Below are positions 1 to 8,464 of a DNA stretch of 64,000 nucleotides, in pieces (position 1 is the first letter of the stretch; each line of letters starts with the position of its first letter). The stretch spans positions 1,920,001 to 1,984,000 of the forward strand of contig CAWIIP010000002.1 in the NCBI GenBank assembly GCA_963836235.1, in the 5' to 3' direction. Below the pieces are notes generated by a model. The model ran no database searches. It worked only from the letters and a program-made list of their open reading frames with translations, and had not been told where the DNA came from. Source of the DNA: an uncultured Pseudomonadota bacterium (GTDB lineage Bacteria > Oederibacteriota > Muellerivitia > Muellerivitales > Muellerivitaceae). The position numbers and the translations under genes are program-made.

Positions 1-1
1 G

Positions 2-235
2 GAGCCCTCGAAGACCGCCGCCGTCCAGGCCGTCCTGGATTCGCCCCGGGGAAAACAATTTATGTGGTTCGCCCGGGTGCCGATGTGGCGGGAAGAGCTG
101 CAAGCGGATGGAAGCACAGCGGTTTATTTTTGGGATTTGCGGTTCAACGCTTTTGGACGCTCGGGGCAGGAATCCAGGCGGTTCGGCGAGCGGTTCATCG
201 TTAAGGATGGACGGGTGACGGAAGGCGGCTTTTGA
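2..235 (+). CDS. C-terminal fragment of probable metal-dependent hydrolase (YdjM/YfhP-like), 5'-truncated by window edge
   Basis: Frame 2 open from window start to TGA 233-235: ...QFMWFARVPMW...YFWDLRF...EGGF*; WFAR-P/DLRF pattern resembles the C-terminus of this family. Confidence 0.45.
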   Translation, partial: EPSKTAAVQAVLDSPRGKQFMWFARVPMWREELQADGSTAVYFWDLRFNAFGRSGQESRRFGERFIVKDGRVTEGGF

Positions 236-247
236 GCAAGCCGGTTT

Positions 248-667
248 TTATTTTTTCTGCGTGATTCCTAAGACTCCCAGGGTGGCGATGATGGCGCAAA
301 TCTTTCCTCCAATGTCCGCGGCGGCTACGCTGATTTTTTCCTCCTCGGTGGGCTTTTCCCCTTTGGTTCCATACTCGGCGGCAAAAAATTCATTGAGTTC
401 GTAACGGTCGGTCCAATCGGTGATGGGTTGCTGATGGGTTTCCAAGGTCAAGTCGCCCGATCCAAAGACGAGGCCCTTAGGAGATTTAGGTTTTTTCCGA
501 AAGAGGGAGAGCGCTGGATAGGTTTTCTTTTTTTTCTGGTGAACCGGTTGTGGCGAGGTCTGGGCGGCGAGAGGTTGGAAAAGAAGCGCCCCGATTAAAA
601 GGGAATAAAGGCTCCAGAATTTTCGCATAACGCCTTCAAAAGTAAGGAGGGCTCCATGGTCGATCAA
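248..667 (-). CDS. Hypothetical secreted protein (start may be ATG at 628)
   Basis: ORF with signal-peptide-like MRKFWSLYSLLIGALLFQPLAA. Confidence 0.5.
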   Translation of the reverse strand: MIDHGALLTFEGVMRKFWSLYSLLIGALLFQPLAAQTSPQPVHQKKKKTYPALSLFRKKPKSPKGLVFGSGDLTLETHQQPITDWTDRYELNEFFAAEYGTKGEKPTEEEKISVAAADIGGKICAIIATLGVLGITQKK

Positions 668-706
668 GCGGGGAAAAGGCCGGGATTTTGACTCAATAAA
701 GAGTTT

Positions 707-751
707 TTAAATTTTCCCGCGCCCTTCGAGAGCTTTAAGAAGAGTCGTTTC
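707..751 (-). repeat. Diverged duplicate of recR 3' end (15 codons)
   Basis: Reads ETTLLKALEGRGKI* versus recR ETTLLKALEGRREI* (799-843), mostly third-position changes. Confidence 0.85.
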
Positions 752-798
752 ATGGCGCAGTTACATAGACCTATTGGGAGTGCGGCACAGAAAGACGA

Positions 799-1401
799 TT
801 ATATTTCTCGGCGTCCCTCTAAAGCTTTGAGGAGTGTCGTTTCGTCTGCGTATTCCACATCGCCGCCGGAGGGCATGCCCCGCGCCAGGCGGGTCACCTT
901 GATAGGCACGTCTTTTAACAACTGCTGGATATAGAGGGCGGTGGAGTCACCTTCGACCGTGGGATCGGTAGCCACAATCACCTCTTTAAATGTTCCCCCT
1001 TTTTTAATTCGCTCCACCAGGGAGTCCAGGGTCAAATCCTGGGGGCCTCGGCCTTCCAGGGGTGACAAGGTTCCGCCCAAAACATGATAAAGGCCGTGAT
1101 ATTCATGAGTGCGCTCGAAGGCCACTAAGTCGCTGGGATCTTCCACCACTAACAGCGAAGTTCTATCCCGGGTCGACATTCGGCAAATGTGACAAAGGAT
1201 TTCTTCCGTCAGGTTAAAACAATCTTTACAAGGGTGGAGCTTGGTGCGGGCGTCGACCAGAGCGGTCGAAAGGGCTTTGGACGTATCGAGGGGCTGCTTC
1301 AAAAGATGAAAGGCCAAACGTTGGGCCGTGCGAGGCCCGATTCCGGGAAGTTTCGCCAACTCGTGTAACAAATGTTCAAGGGATGGAGGGTACTCGGCCA
1401 T
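799..1401 (-). CDS. recR: Recombination mediator RecR
   Basis: LPGIGPRTAQRLAF HhH, CxxC..CxxC zinc finger, YHVLGG, Toprim EGDSTALY. Confidence 0.98.
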   Translation of the reverse strand: MAEYPPSLEHLLHELAKLPGIGPRTAQRLAFHLLKQPLDTSKALSTALVDARTKLHPCKDCFNLTEEILCHICRMSTRDRTSLLVVEDPSDLVAFERTHEYHGLYHVLGGTLSPLEGRGPQDLTLDSLVERIKKGGTFKEVIVATDPTVEGDSTALYIQQLLKDVPIKVTRLARGMPSGGDVEYADETTLLKALEGRREI

Positions 1402-1404
1402 TCG

Positions 1405-1716
1405 TTAAAACATTCCAGGCAAGCCCAACCCACCGGTCATCTTGGATATTTCTTCCTTCAACCGGGCATTCACCTGTTGGCCCGCCTCATTGGTGGCGGT
1501 TTGGACGAGGTTCTGGAGCATTTCCACGTCGCCGGAAGCCGCTACCTTGGGATCAATGACCACTTTTTGGACCTGATGCTTACCGTTCATCGTCACCGAA
1601 ACCGCGCCTCCACCCGCCGTGCCGATAAAGGATTGGCTTTCCAACTCCTTTTGGAACTGGCTCATTTTTTCCTTCAGGCCCTGTGCCTGGCGGAGCATGT
1701 CGAACATGTTGGGCAT
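1405..1716 (-). CDS. ybaB: YbaB/EbfC nucleoid-associated protein
   Basis: AGGGAVSVTMNG, DVEMLQNLV..A.NEA, ends GLGLPGMF; between dnaX and recR. Confidence 0.95.
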   Translation of the reverse strand: MPNMFDMLRQAQGLKEKMSQFQKELESQSFIGTAGGGAVSVTMNGKHQVQKVVIDPKVAASGDVEMLQNLVQTATNEAGQQVNARLKEEISKMTGGLGLPGMF

Positions 1717-1800
1717 CAATTACTCCGAGAAGATTTAATTATCATCCGTTAAAAAATCTATAAATTGTTACCAGGGACCTATTTTGCTAACATTTTACCC

Positions 1801-3522
1801 ATGAAGCGAGCCTTTAATGATTCCGCCCAAAGTCTTGATTTAAAGCGGATCGAATCTTTCTCACTTCAATTTCCCATCCTCGTTTCATTCTCGATCACTT
1901 TCATTTTACTATGCCTCCAATTGTATTTCATTAAACCTTATTTTTTGGTGAATGACGATATTTACAAGCTTTTGTTAGTCAAGGGAATCGGAATTACTTC
2001 CGCGCCGACACCCTTTTTTATCCTCTCCAATATTCTGCTGGGGCTGTTTTTCATGAAGTGGTACGCCTGGTTCCCGTCCGTTCCTTTATATAGTTGTTTA
2101 TTATGCGCCGTCCAATTTTTATCACTATGGGCTTTTCTTTGGATTTTATGTTTGAGATCCACCTGGTGGTTTCATTTACTTTTATTCGTCGTTTCCTGTG
2201 CGGGCGTTCACTTTATTTTTTTCACGTACCTCCAATTCACGGAAGCGGCTTCAACGGCGGCGGCGGCGGGAATATTGCTTTTCGTTTTCTCGATGAAACC
2301 TGACCCTGGTCACCGGACCCACGCCAGGATTTTTTCGGGAATTCTATTGATGTCGTCCTGGCTTATCCGGCCCGATTCTTTCCTGATCGTCCTATTGGCC
2401 TCGGCACCCCTGGTTTTATTTGAATTAAGGAAGGTGGACCCGGAGGCGATTCTCAAAGAACAGTGGAAATTTTTTTCCGCGATCATCTTGCTGATTTTTC
2501 TTTCCGCCGGGTTCAATTTTGCATGGTTTCAGAAGCATCAAGATTGGAAAGATTTTCAGAGCTTTGCCGTAGAACTCCAAAAGACCCTTGAATTCCAATC
2601 CTCCGATTATTCTCCGAAGACAAAGCCTGTTTTTGATTCGGTTGGCTGGTCCGAAAACGATTATTGGCTTTTTAGGGATTGGTATTTCATGGACCAGCAA
2701 AAATTTAGTATTTCGAACTTCCGAAAATTCCGGGCCCAATTTCCCCGAATGGGTACCGAAGGGAAAAGAGGATCTTTCAGCTCGCCCATGGAATTGTTCG
2801 CTTCCTCTTGGGACAAGAGAATCTTTCTTTATTTTTGTGTGTTTTGGGTCTTTTGCAGGGGTAGCGTTTTTCGTTTCCTTTTTGTCCAATTCTTATGGAT
2901 AGGCCTGATTTTTTTATTTTTGATTTATTTCATGAAGGCAACCGACCGAGTGACACTTCCCCTCCTGGCCTATTTGATGAACCTGGCAATTTATTACGCC
3001 GAACGTCCCTCAACAGGAGACCTTGGAGGGGGTTCGATTTTGGAGCGATTTCTTCCCTGGTCTAAGATCATTCTGTTGTGCGTGGCTTTTGCCGCGGCCT
3101 TTCCCGAGGTGAAAGATTATTACCTTCAAAACCTACAAAATCAAAAGACGGAAAACCAGGTCAAGGTTTGTTTAAAACAGCTTCATCCATCGGAAAAACA
3201 GCTTTATATCATGCTACAATTTCCATTTGAGATTTTTAATGCTTTTGATGACCTTGAATGTTTGCGGCCTTTTCGAATCTTCTTTGCCTCGGTAAATGAA
3301 AGAAGCCCCACTTCAATTAAAGTCCTGGATGAATTCAAGATTAAGGATGTTTTTAGGGACGCGGTCGACAATCCCAATATCTTTATGATTTGTAATAGAG
3401 AGGAAGGCCTTCATTACTACGCTTACTTAAAAGAAAATTACCATATTAATATCTATGCCCAGAAGATTTACGATTGTGGCTATTTTAAAGTGTTTTCCAT
3501 ACATTCCCGGAAAGAGTCTTAA
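1801..3522 (+). CDS. AT-rich multi-pass membrane protein, possibly a GT-C-like glycosyltransferase
   Basis: Long hydrophobic ORF with NDD motif near N-terminus; low GC; opposite strand inside dnaX-ybaB-recR. Confidence 0.7.
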   Translation: MKRAFNDSAQSLDLKRIESFSLQFPILVSFSITFILLCLQLYFIKPYFLVNDDIYKLLLVKGIGITSAPTPFFILSNILLGLFFMKWYAWFPSVPLYSCLLCAVQFLSLWAFLWILCLRSTWWFHLLLFVVSCAGVHFIFFTYLQFTEAASTAAAAGILLFVFSMKPDPGHRTHARIFSGILLMSSWLIRPDSFLIVLLASAPLVLFELRKVDPEAILKEQWKFFSAIILLIFLSAGFNFAWFQKHQDWKDFQSFAVELQKTLEFQSSDYSPKTKPVFDSVGWSENDYWLFRDWYFMDQQKFSISNFRKFRAQFPRMGTEGKRGSFSSPMELFASSWDKRIFLYFCVFWVFCRGSVFRFLFVQFLWIGLIFLFLIYFMKATDRVTLPLLAYLMNLAIYYAERPSTGDLGGGSILERFLPWSKIILLCVAFAAAFPEVKDYYLQNLQNQKTENQVKVCLKQLHPSEKQLYIMLQFPFEIFNAFDDLECLRPFRIFFASVNERSPTSIKVLDEFKIKDVFRDAVDNPNIFMICNREEGLHYYAYLKENYHINIYAQKIYDCGYFKVFSIHSRKES

Positions 3523-3555
3523 ACAGATCATTGGATGAATTGAAAATCGATAAAA

Positions 3556-5328
3556 TCATTTTTGAGAGCTGTTTCGTTTCACTTCCACGATCTTACCCCC
3601 GAACATCTTGAGGGCGGCGGCGACAATCGGTTCTTCCTTTTCCAATTTCTCGATATCGATTTTGGGCGCGGAAAGGGGTTTGGGAGCGCGTAAAGCCGGG
3701 GATTTGTCGGGAGCCGAGGCGGTACCCTCCGGCAATACCGGCACCAAGCTGATTTTGCGACCGAGCATTTCCTCCAAAAGTTTTTCCACCAACATTTTGT
3801 TCTCCGGCTTGGACAATTGTTCGTGATGGAAAGGCCCTTTGCAGACCAGGATCAAGGCTCCTTCATCGATGTGCTTGGGCCGGGTATCCCGCAAAACCCC
3901 TTCCAGCATTTTCTTTTGGGTGGCGACCTTCTCGAGGAATTCGGTCCATTGGGATTTAAGCTTAGCCATTTCGGGATTTTTCTCGGCTTCCACCGGGTCC
4001 TCAATTTCATCCACCGCCAGGACCGGTTCACCGACCGAAGGGGAAGATGGGTTAGACGCATAAGAGGATGGAATTTCAGAAACCGACACTTTAGAGGGGA
4101 CCGGGGCTGTTTTAGCGGGCGCCGAAGGACCGCTGTTGGGGCCAAGGTTCCCCACTTCCTTGAAACGGCCGGGGGCGGGCTGGACGGCAGGAGAACCGCT
4201 TTCCATCTGCTTGAGCAAATCTCCGACGGAAGTCAGCTGTTTTAACCGGCAAAGTTCTAGCACCAGGGTTTCCAGGATGATCTGCGGATTGGCGGAGTGG
4301 CGCACCGCCCATTCCTGCTCAATGAGCAGTCGTAAAGAGGAGAGGATTTGGGCTTCCTCCATTTGGGAGGAATAGTGGACTAGTTTTTGGGCTTCGTCCG
4401 CGGCCAAGGGAATCAGTGAAGGGGCGGAGGAAGGATAGGCCTTGGCCACGGCTAGGTGCCGGAAGGTCTCCAAGAGGCCCGCGTAGAAATGCTCCAAGTC
4501 CTTGCCGCCGTCGATCACGCTTTTAATGATGGTCAGGGTCGAAGGGGCGTCTTGGTTGATGGCGGCTTCCACCAGTTTCAAATAAACTTCACCTTCGATG
4601 GTGCCCAACACTATACGGATATCTTCGATGGTGATTTTCTTGCCGGAGAAGGCCACCAATTGATCCAGGTTCCTTTGGGCATCCCGCATGGAACCTTTTC
4701 CCGACCGGGCGATTTGATAGAGGGCCTTATCGTCGATTTCAATTTGTTCCGCGTCGGCGATGCGGCGCAATTGCTTCAACAAGGTTTCAAGGCTCATGGA
4801 CCTGAATTCGAACCTTTGGCACCGGGATTGGACCGTCGCGGGAAAGGCGTGAATTTCAGTGGAGGCCAGGATGAAGATGACGTGATCGGGGGGTTCTTCC
4901 AGGGTTTTGAGGAAAGCGTCAAAAGCGGGTTTGGAAATACGGTGCGCTTCGTCAAAAATATACACCTTATATTTAGCCTTGGCGGGGGCGTTTCCCACCC
5001 TTTGTTGCAGCTCGCGAATATCATCGATCCCGTTAACCGCCGCCGCGTCGATCTCGACGATATCGAAAGAAGTCCCGTTATTCACCTCCTCACAAATATC
5101 GCAGGTGTTGCAGGGCTCGGCGTCCTTGAGGTTGCGGCAGTTGAGGGCCTTGGCGAAGATACGGGCGGTAGTGGTTTTGCCGACCCCCCGGGGCCCGGCG
5201 AAGATATAGGCATGGGCCACCCGGTCGGCCTTGATGGCGTTTTGCAGGGTGCGGGTGATATGTTCCTGGCCCACCATGTCGGCGAAAACCTGTGGTCGCC
5301 ATTTGAGAGCCATGACTTGGGGGGACAT
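3556..5328 (-). CDS. dnaX: DNA polymerase III subunit gamma/tau
   Basis: KWRPQ, Walker A GPRGVGKTT, DEAH, LKTLEEPP, SRCQRF. Confidence 0.98.
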   Translation of the reverse strand: MSPQVMALKWRPQVFADMVGQEHITRTLQNAIKADRVAHAYIFAGPRGVGKTTTARIFAKALNCRNLKDAEPCNTCDICEEVNNGTSFDIVEIDAAAVNGIDDIRELQQRVGNAPAKAKYKVYIFDEAHRISKPAFDAFLKTLEEPPDHVIFILASTEIHAFPATVQSRCQRFEFRSMSLETLLKQLRRIADAEQIEIDDKALYQIARSGKGSMRDAQRNLDQLVAFSGKKITIEDIRIVLGTIEGEVYLKLVEAAINQDAPSTLTIIKSVIDGGKDLEHFYAGLLETFRHLAVAKAYPSSAPSLIPLAADEAQKLVHYSSQMEEAQILSSLRLLIEQEWAVRHSANPQIILETLVLELCRLKQLTSVGDLLKQMESGSPAVQPAPGRFKEVGNLGPNSGPSAPAKTAPVPSKVSVSEIPSSYASNPSSPSVGEPVLAVDEIEDPVEAEKNPEMAKLKSQWTEFLEKVATQKKMLEGVLRDTRPKHIDEGALILVCKGPFHHEQLSKPENKMLVEKLLEEMLGRKISLVPVLPEGTASAPDKSPALRAPKPLSAPKIDIEKLEKEEPIVAAALKMFGGKIVEVKRNSSQK

Positions 5329-5386
5329 AAATATCCTTAAAACTCATTACTTAACACTCGCCGCCCAAAGGGCGGCGCTTCACCAC

Positions 5387-5498
5387 GCCGTGGGAGCCAG
5401 GTTGCCTACAACACCCGAACATCGACCTGACCGTTGCTTCCTTCCGGACCTAGCGGAGTTGGGGCCGCATCGCCGTATAGGACCCGACTCCCACGCCG
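5387..5498 (-). ncRNA. ffs: Signal recognition particle RNA (small type); ends approximate
   Basis: Minus strand contains CCGCTAGGTCCGGAAGGAAGCAACGG domain IV motif within a long stem (GTGGGAG...CTCCCAC); canonical position upstream of dnaX. Confidence 0.88.
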
Positions 5499-5580
5499 GG
5501 GTGAGTGGACCATCTTAATCGAAAAAGCGCGGATTTTTCCATGTCCGTTGGTTATGAGGGAAGAATGAGTCTTAAAAACA

Positions 5581-5671
5581 TGGCGGAGAGAAAGGGATTC
5601 GAACCCTTGAGACCCTTTTGGAGCCTACACGCTTTCCAGGCGTGCGCCTTCGACCGCTCGGCCATCTCTCC
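5581..5671 (-). tRNA. tRNA-Ser(GGA)
   Basis: GGAGAGATGGCCGAGCGG...CTGGAAA...long variable arm...GGTTCGAATCC...CCA. Confidence 0.96.
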
Positions 5672-5722
5672 ACGTCAAAAAAACAAAGGCGAGGCAAGCC
5701 TCGCCTGTAAAAGTGAAAAAAT

Positions 5723-5798
5723 TGGTGGAGATGAGCGGGATCGAACCGCTGACCTTCTCGTTGCGAACGAGACGCTCTCCCAACTGAGCTACATCCCC
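5723..5798 (-). tRNA. tRNA-Ala(CGC)
   Basis: GGGGATGTAGCTCAGTTGGGAGAGC...TTCGCAA...GGTTCGATCC...CCA, 76 nt. Confidence 0.96.
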
Positions 5799-5804
5799 AC
5801 TTAA

Positions 5805-6263
5805 CTAGACCCTACGGATTTCCTTGAAAAATTCACTCAAAATCCGCGAGCATTCTTCCTTTAATATACCGCCGGTTATTTTGACCCGGTGGTTCAATTT
5901 CGGGTTATCCAGCACCCGGGCCGTGCTTTCCACCGCTCCCGCCTTGGGATCGACGGTTCCATAAAAGAGGTTCCGGATTCTCGATAACACGATGGCCCCG
6001 CCGCACATGGTGCAGGGTTCCAGGGTTACATACAAATCACAATCGGTTAAGCGCCAGCTCTTAAGCTTCTTCGAGGCCTTATTCAAGGCCATCATTTCGG
6101 CATGGGTCAAGGCGCTCTGTTTTGATTCGGTCAGGTTGTGTCCCCGCCCAATCACTTTGCCGTCTTTCACAACAACCGCTCCTACGGGAACTTCGCCTTT
6201 TCGGGCGGCCTTACGGGCTTCCTTCAATGCCAATCGCATGAAGTGTTCGTGAGAATAATTCAG
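5805..6263 (-). CDS. tadA: tRNA adenosine(34) deaminase; start CTG 6263 or ATG 6239 (the ORF-track start lies inside the tRNA)
   Basis: GEVPVGAV, HAE, TLEPCTMC, DPKAGA, LNHR. Confidence 0.95.
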   Translation of the reverse strand: MNYSHEHFMRLALKEARKAARKGEVPVGAVVVKDGKVIGRGHNLTESKQSALTHAEMMALNKASKKLKSWRLTDCDLYVTLEPCTMCGGAIVLSRIRNLFYGTVDPKAGAVESTARVLDNPKLNHRVKITGGILKEECSRILSEFFKEIRRV

Positions 6264-6281
6264 GGTCTGCCTCAGTAAAGA

Positions 6282-6358
6282 TGGTGCGCCTGGAGGGATT
6301 TGAACCCCCAACCCTCTGATCCGTAGTCAGATACTCTATCCAGTTGAGCTACAGGCGC
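6282..6358 (-). tRNA. tRNA-Arg(ACG)
   Basis: GCGCCTGTAGCTCAACTGGATAGAG...CTACGGA...GGTTCAAATCC...CCA, 77 nt. Confidence 0.96.
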
Positions 6359-6450
6359 ATCCGGTTCTTCCCCAAAACTCCGGGAAAGGACGAGTATATT
6401 ACCCAAAACCGTATTTTTATCGCAAGTATAAAGGGCTTTTTCCCGAAGGC

Positions 6451-7056
6451 CTATTTATCCCAAAAACCCGACAAAAGAAGGATTCCGACGATCCCAAACG
6501 CGAGGGCGGCGATCTTCTGGAGAAGCGGGGGACTAAGCGACTTTTTGGCGTGATGGCCGATCCAAACCCCCAAAGCGGTGGTGGTCCAAAGGGCCAAGGT
6601 GGCCGAAATAAAAATGGTCAAGAGTTTGTGGGTTTTAGCCACCAGGGTGGCGGTGGCCAATTGGGTCAGGTCGCCCCACTCGGCGATGAAAATGACCACA
6701 AAAGAAGTCCAGACGATTTTCCAAAAATCCCCTTGGGCTTGTAGGCGGGTTTTTCCTTCCTTTTCCTCACGCTTGAACCACATCAGTAACGCGAAAACTA
6801 AAAAGAGAATCCCCGATCCCATATGGACGATATGGGCCGGTAACAGGCTGAAGACGCTTCCAAAAAGGACGGCAACGATGTTCTGGACAACGAAAGCCAG
6901 GGCGACACCGGTAAATACGGCGTAGGGATGATGTCGGCTGGCGAGAATCACGATGGCCACGGCGGTCTTGTCCGGCAATTCGGCCAGGAAGATCAAGGCG
7001 AAGGTAGAAAAGAAAAGAGCCCGGTCCAAGTTCAGTTGAAAAAAATTATTTTCCAT
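6451..7056 (-). CDS. TMEM165/GDT1 (UPF0016) family Ca2+/Mn2+ transporter
   Basis: Two family motifs ELPDKT and EWGDLTQ; start at MENNFF. Confidence 0.88.
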   Translation of the reverse strand: MENNFFQLNLDRALFFSTFALIFLAELPDKTAVAIVILASRHHPYAVFTGVALAFVVQNIVAVLFGSVFSLLPAHIVHMGSGILFLVFALLMWFKREEKEGKTRLQAQGDFWKIVWTSFVVIFIAEWGDLTQLATATLVAKTHKLLTIFISATLALWTTTALGVWIGHHAKKSLSPPLLQKIAALAFGIVGILLLSGFWDK

Positions 7057-7215
7057 ACTACGCCTATGATAACCAGTCGAATAAAGGGATTCACTCGTTT
7101 TCCAGAGGGATAAGAAAATGCGAGGGCCGGGTAGGTTGAAACTTTTCAGGGATGCGCTCCGTCCTAATTGCGGCAGCGAGAGACTGCCGGCGGACAACTT
7201 TAGGAGGAAAATGCC

Positions 7216-7788
7216 ATGAAAGGTCTACTTATCGTTTTGACGGGTCTGTTGTTTTTGGGGAGCGTTACCTTGGTATTAGCCACTACCGAAGCGAAACTTC
7301 ACAAGGTGAAGCACCATTTGAAGAAGGATATTCATAAGGATAAAAAGGATATCTCGAAAGATAAAGAAAAGGAAAAAGCCGACCAAGCGGAGGCCAAGAA
7401 CGCCCTGGACAAAGGCAACGACAAGGCCGCCATCAAGGGCGAGAAAGCCGCCATGGCGGAGAAAAAGGACGTCCAGGCCGACCGCAAGGACATCCACCAG
7501 GATAAAAAGAAGCTGAAGAAAGTGAACAAGGCCATCAAGTCGGACAAAAACGGAACGACCACCGGTAAAACCGCCGGGGATGACTGGCAAAACACCTCGG
7601 GAACAGCGCCCGGTACCAGTTCAGCCCTGAGTAGCCAGACCGGTAACATGCAAACCAAGCCAGGTAATCCGGTTGCGGCTAATCCCGGTACCCAACCCGG
7701 TGGTGCGCCATCCAACCCTGGCGCCAATTCCTCCATGGGCAATCAAGGTGCTCAACAAGGAGTCTTGCAACCCAAGACTGCCAACTAA
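7216..7788 (+). CDS. Secreted Lys/Asp-rich low-complexity hypothetical protein
   Basis: AGGAGG RBS, signal peptide, KDIHKDKK repeats, downstream terminator. Confidence 0.8.
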   Translation: MKGLLIVLTGLLFLGSVTLVLATTEAKLHKVKHHLKKDIHKDKKDISKDKEKEKADQAEAKNALDKGNDKAAIKGEKAAMAEKKDVQADRKDIHQDKKKLKKVNKAIKSDKNGTTTGKTAGDDWQNTSGTAPGTSSALSSQTGNMQTKPGNPVAANPGTQPGGAPSNPGANSSMGNQGAQQGVLQPKTAN

Positions 7789-7812
7789 GTTTTCGTTTTT
7801 TAGTTTGTTTTT

Positions 7813-7845
7813 AAAGGGCGAGCTGAAAAGCACTCGCCCTTTTTT
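7813..7845 (+). terminator. Intrinsic terminator
   Basis: AAAGGGCGAG...CTCGCCCTTTTTT. Confidence 0.75.
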
Positions 7846-7991
7846 GTTTTGGGGAAAAGGGAAACCTAATGGAAAAACACAACGAACCGTCTTTGTTTAA
7901 CGAAAAAGATTGCGCCTTAAGCGGAAATATTACATGCTGTTCTTCAACGGGTAGGTGGACCGTGGAGCTTAATTTTTTCCAGGGAGGAAGC

Positions 7992-8204
7992 ATGAAGTAT
8001 TTGTCCAAGATATTCGCGCGTTTGATGCTTTGCTTTTTGTTTATGGCCGGAGTTGGAGTCGTGCTGGCGGATGACCACCCGATGGATCATCCGGACCATC
8101 CGGTTGTCCACCATCACAAGAAAAAGAAACGTCATCACAAACCCCCTCACGATGAACATTCAAAGGATGAACATCCGATGGATCATCCAGACGACCATCA
8201 TTGA
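7992..8204 (+). CDS. Small secreted His-rich protein
   Basis: GGGAGG RBS, signal peptide, HPMDHPD twice, poly-His. Confidence 0.75.
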   Translation: MKYLSKIFARLMLCFLFMAGVGVVLADDHPMDHPDHPVVHHHKKKKRHHKPPHDEHSKDEHPMDHPDDHH

Positions 8205-8249
8205 TTCAAGGGGTCCGGCTTTTAGGCCGGGCTCAACAGGGTAGTAAAA

Positions 8250-8288
8250 AAGAAAGGGCGGGGCCGAAAGGTTCCCGCTCTTTTTTTA
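8250..8288 (+). terminator. Intrinsic terminator
   Basis: AAAGGGCGGG..GAAAG..CCCGCTCTTTTTTT. Confidence 0.7.
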
Positions 8289-8464
8289 TGCCCACTTTTT
8301 GAAAACGAAAAAGACCGCGCCCAGCATCGGGGAACCCCATCAATCCGAGCCTTCGGTCAAAACCATAGGGTTCCGGCCTTGGCTAAAAGGCAATAACGCC
8401 TTGAAGCCACTTTGGAAAGGACCTAAACTGTCGCTCCATTCATCCCGGAAAGAAAGGTTTTAAC

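Noticed and set aside
4456-5340. Long antisense ORFs over dnaX, metH and kdpA/B
   Set aside because: Expected shadows of GC-rich codon usage, with no independent signals
8290-8464. SAM or cobalamin riboswitch upstream of metH
   Set aside because: Hairpins are present but no recognisable aptamer consensus
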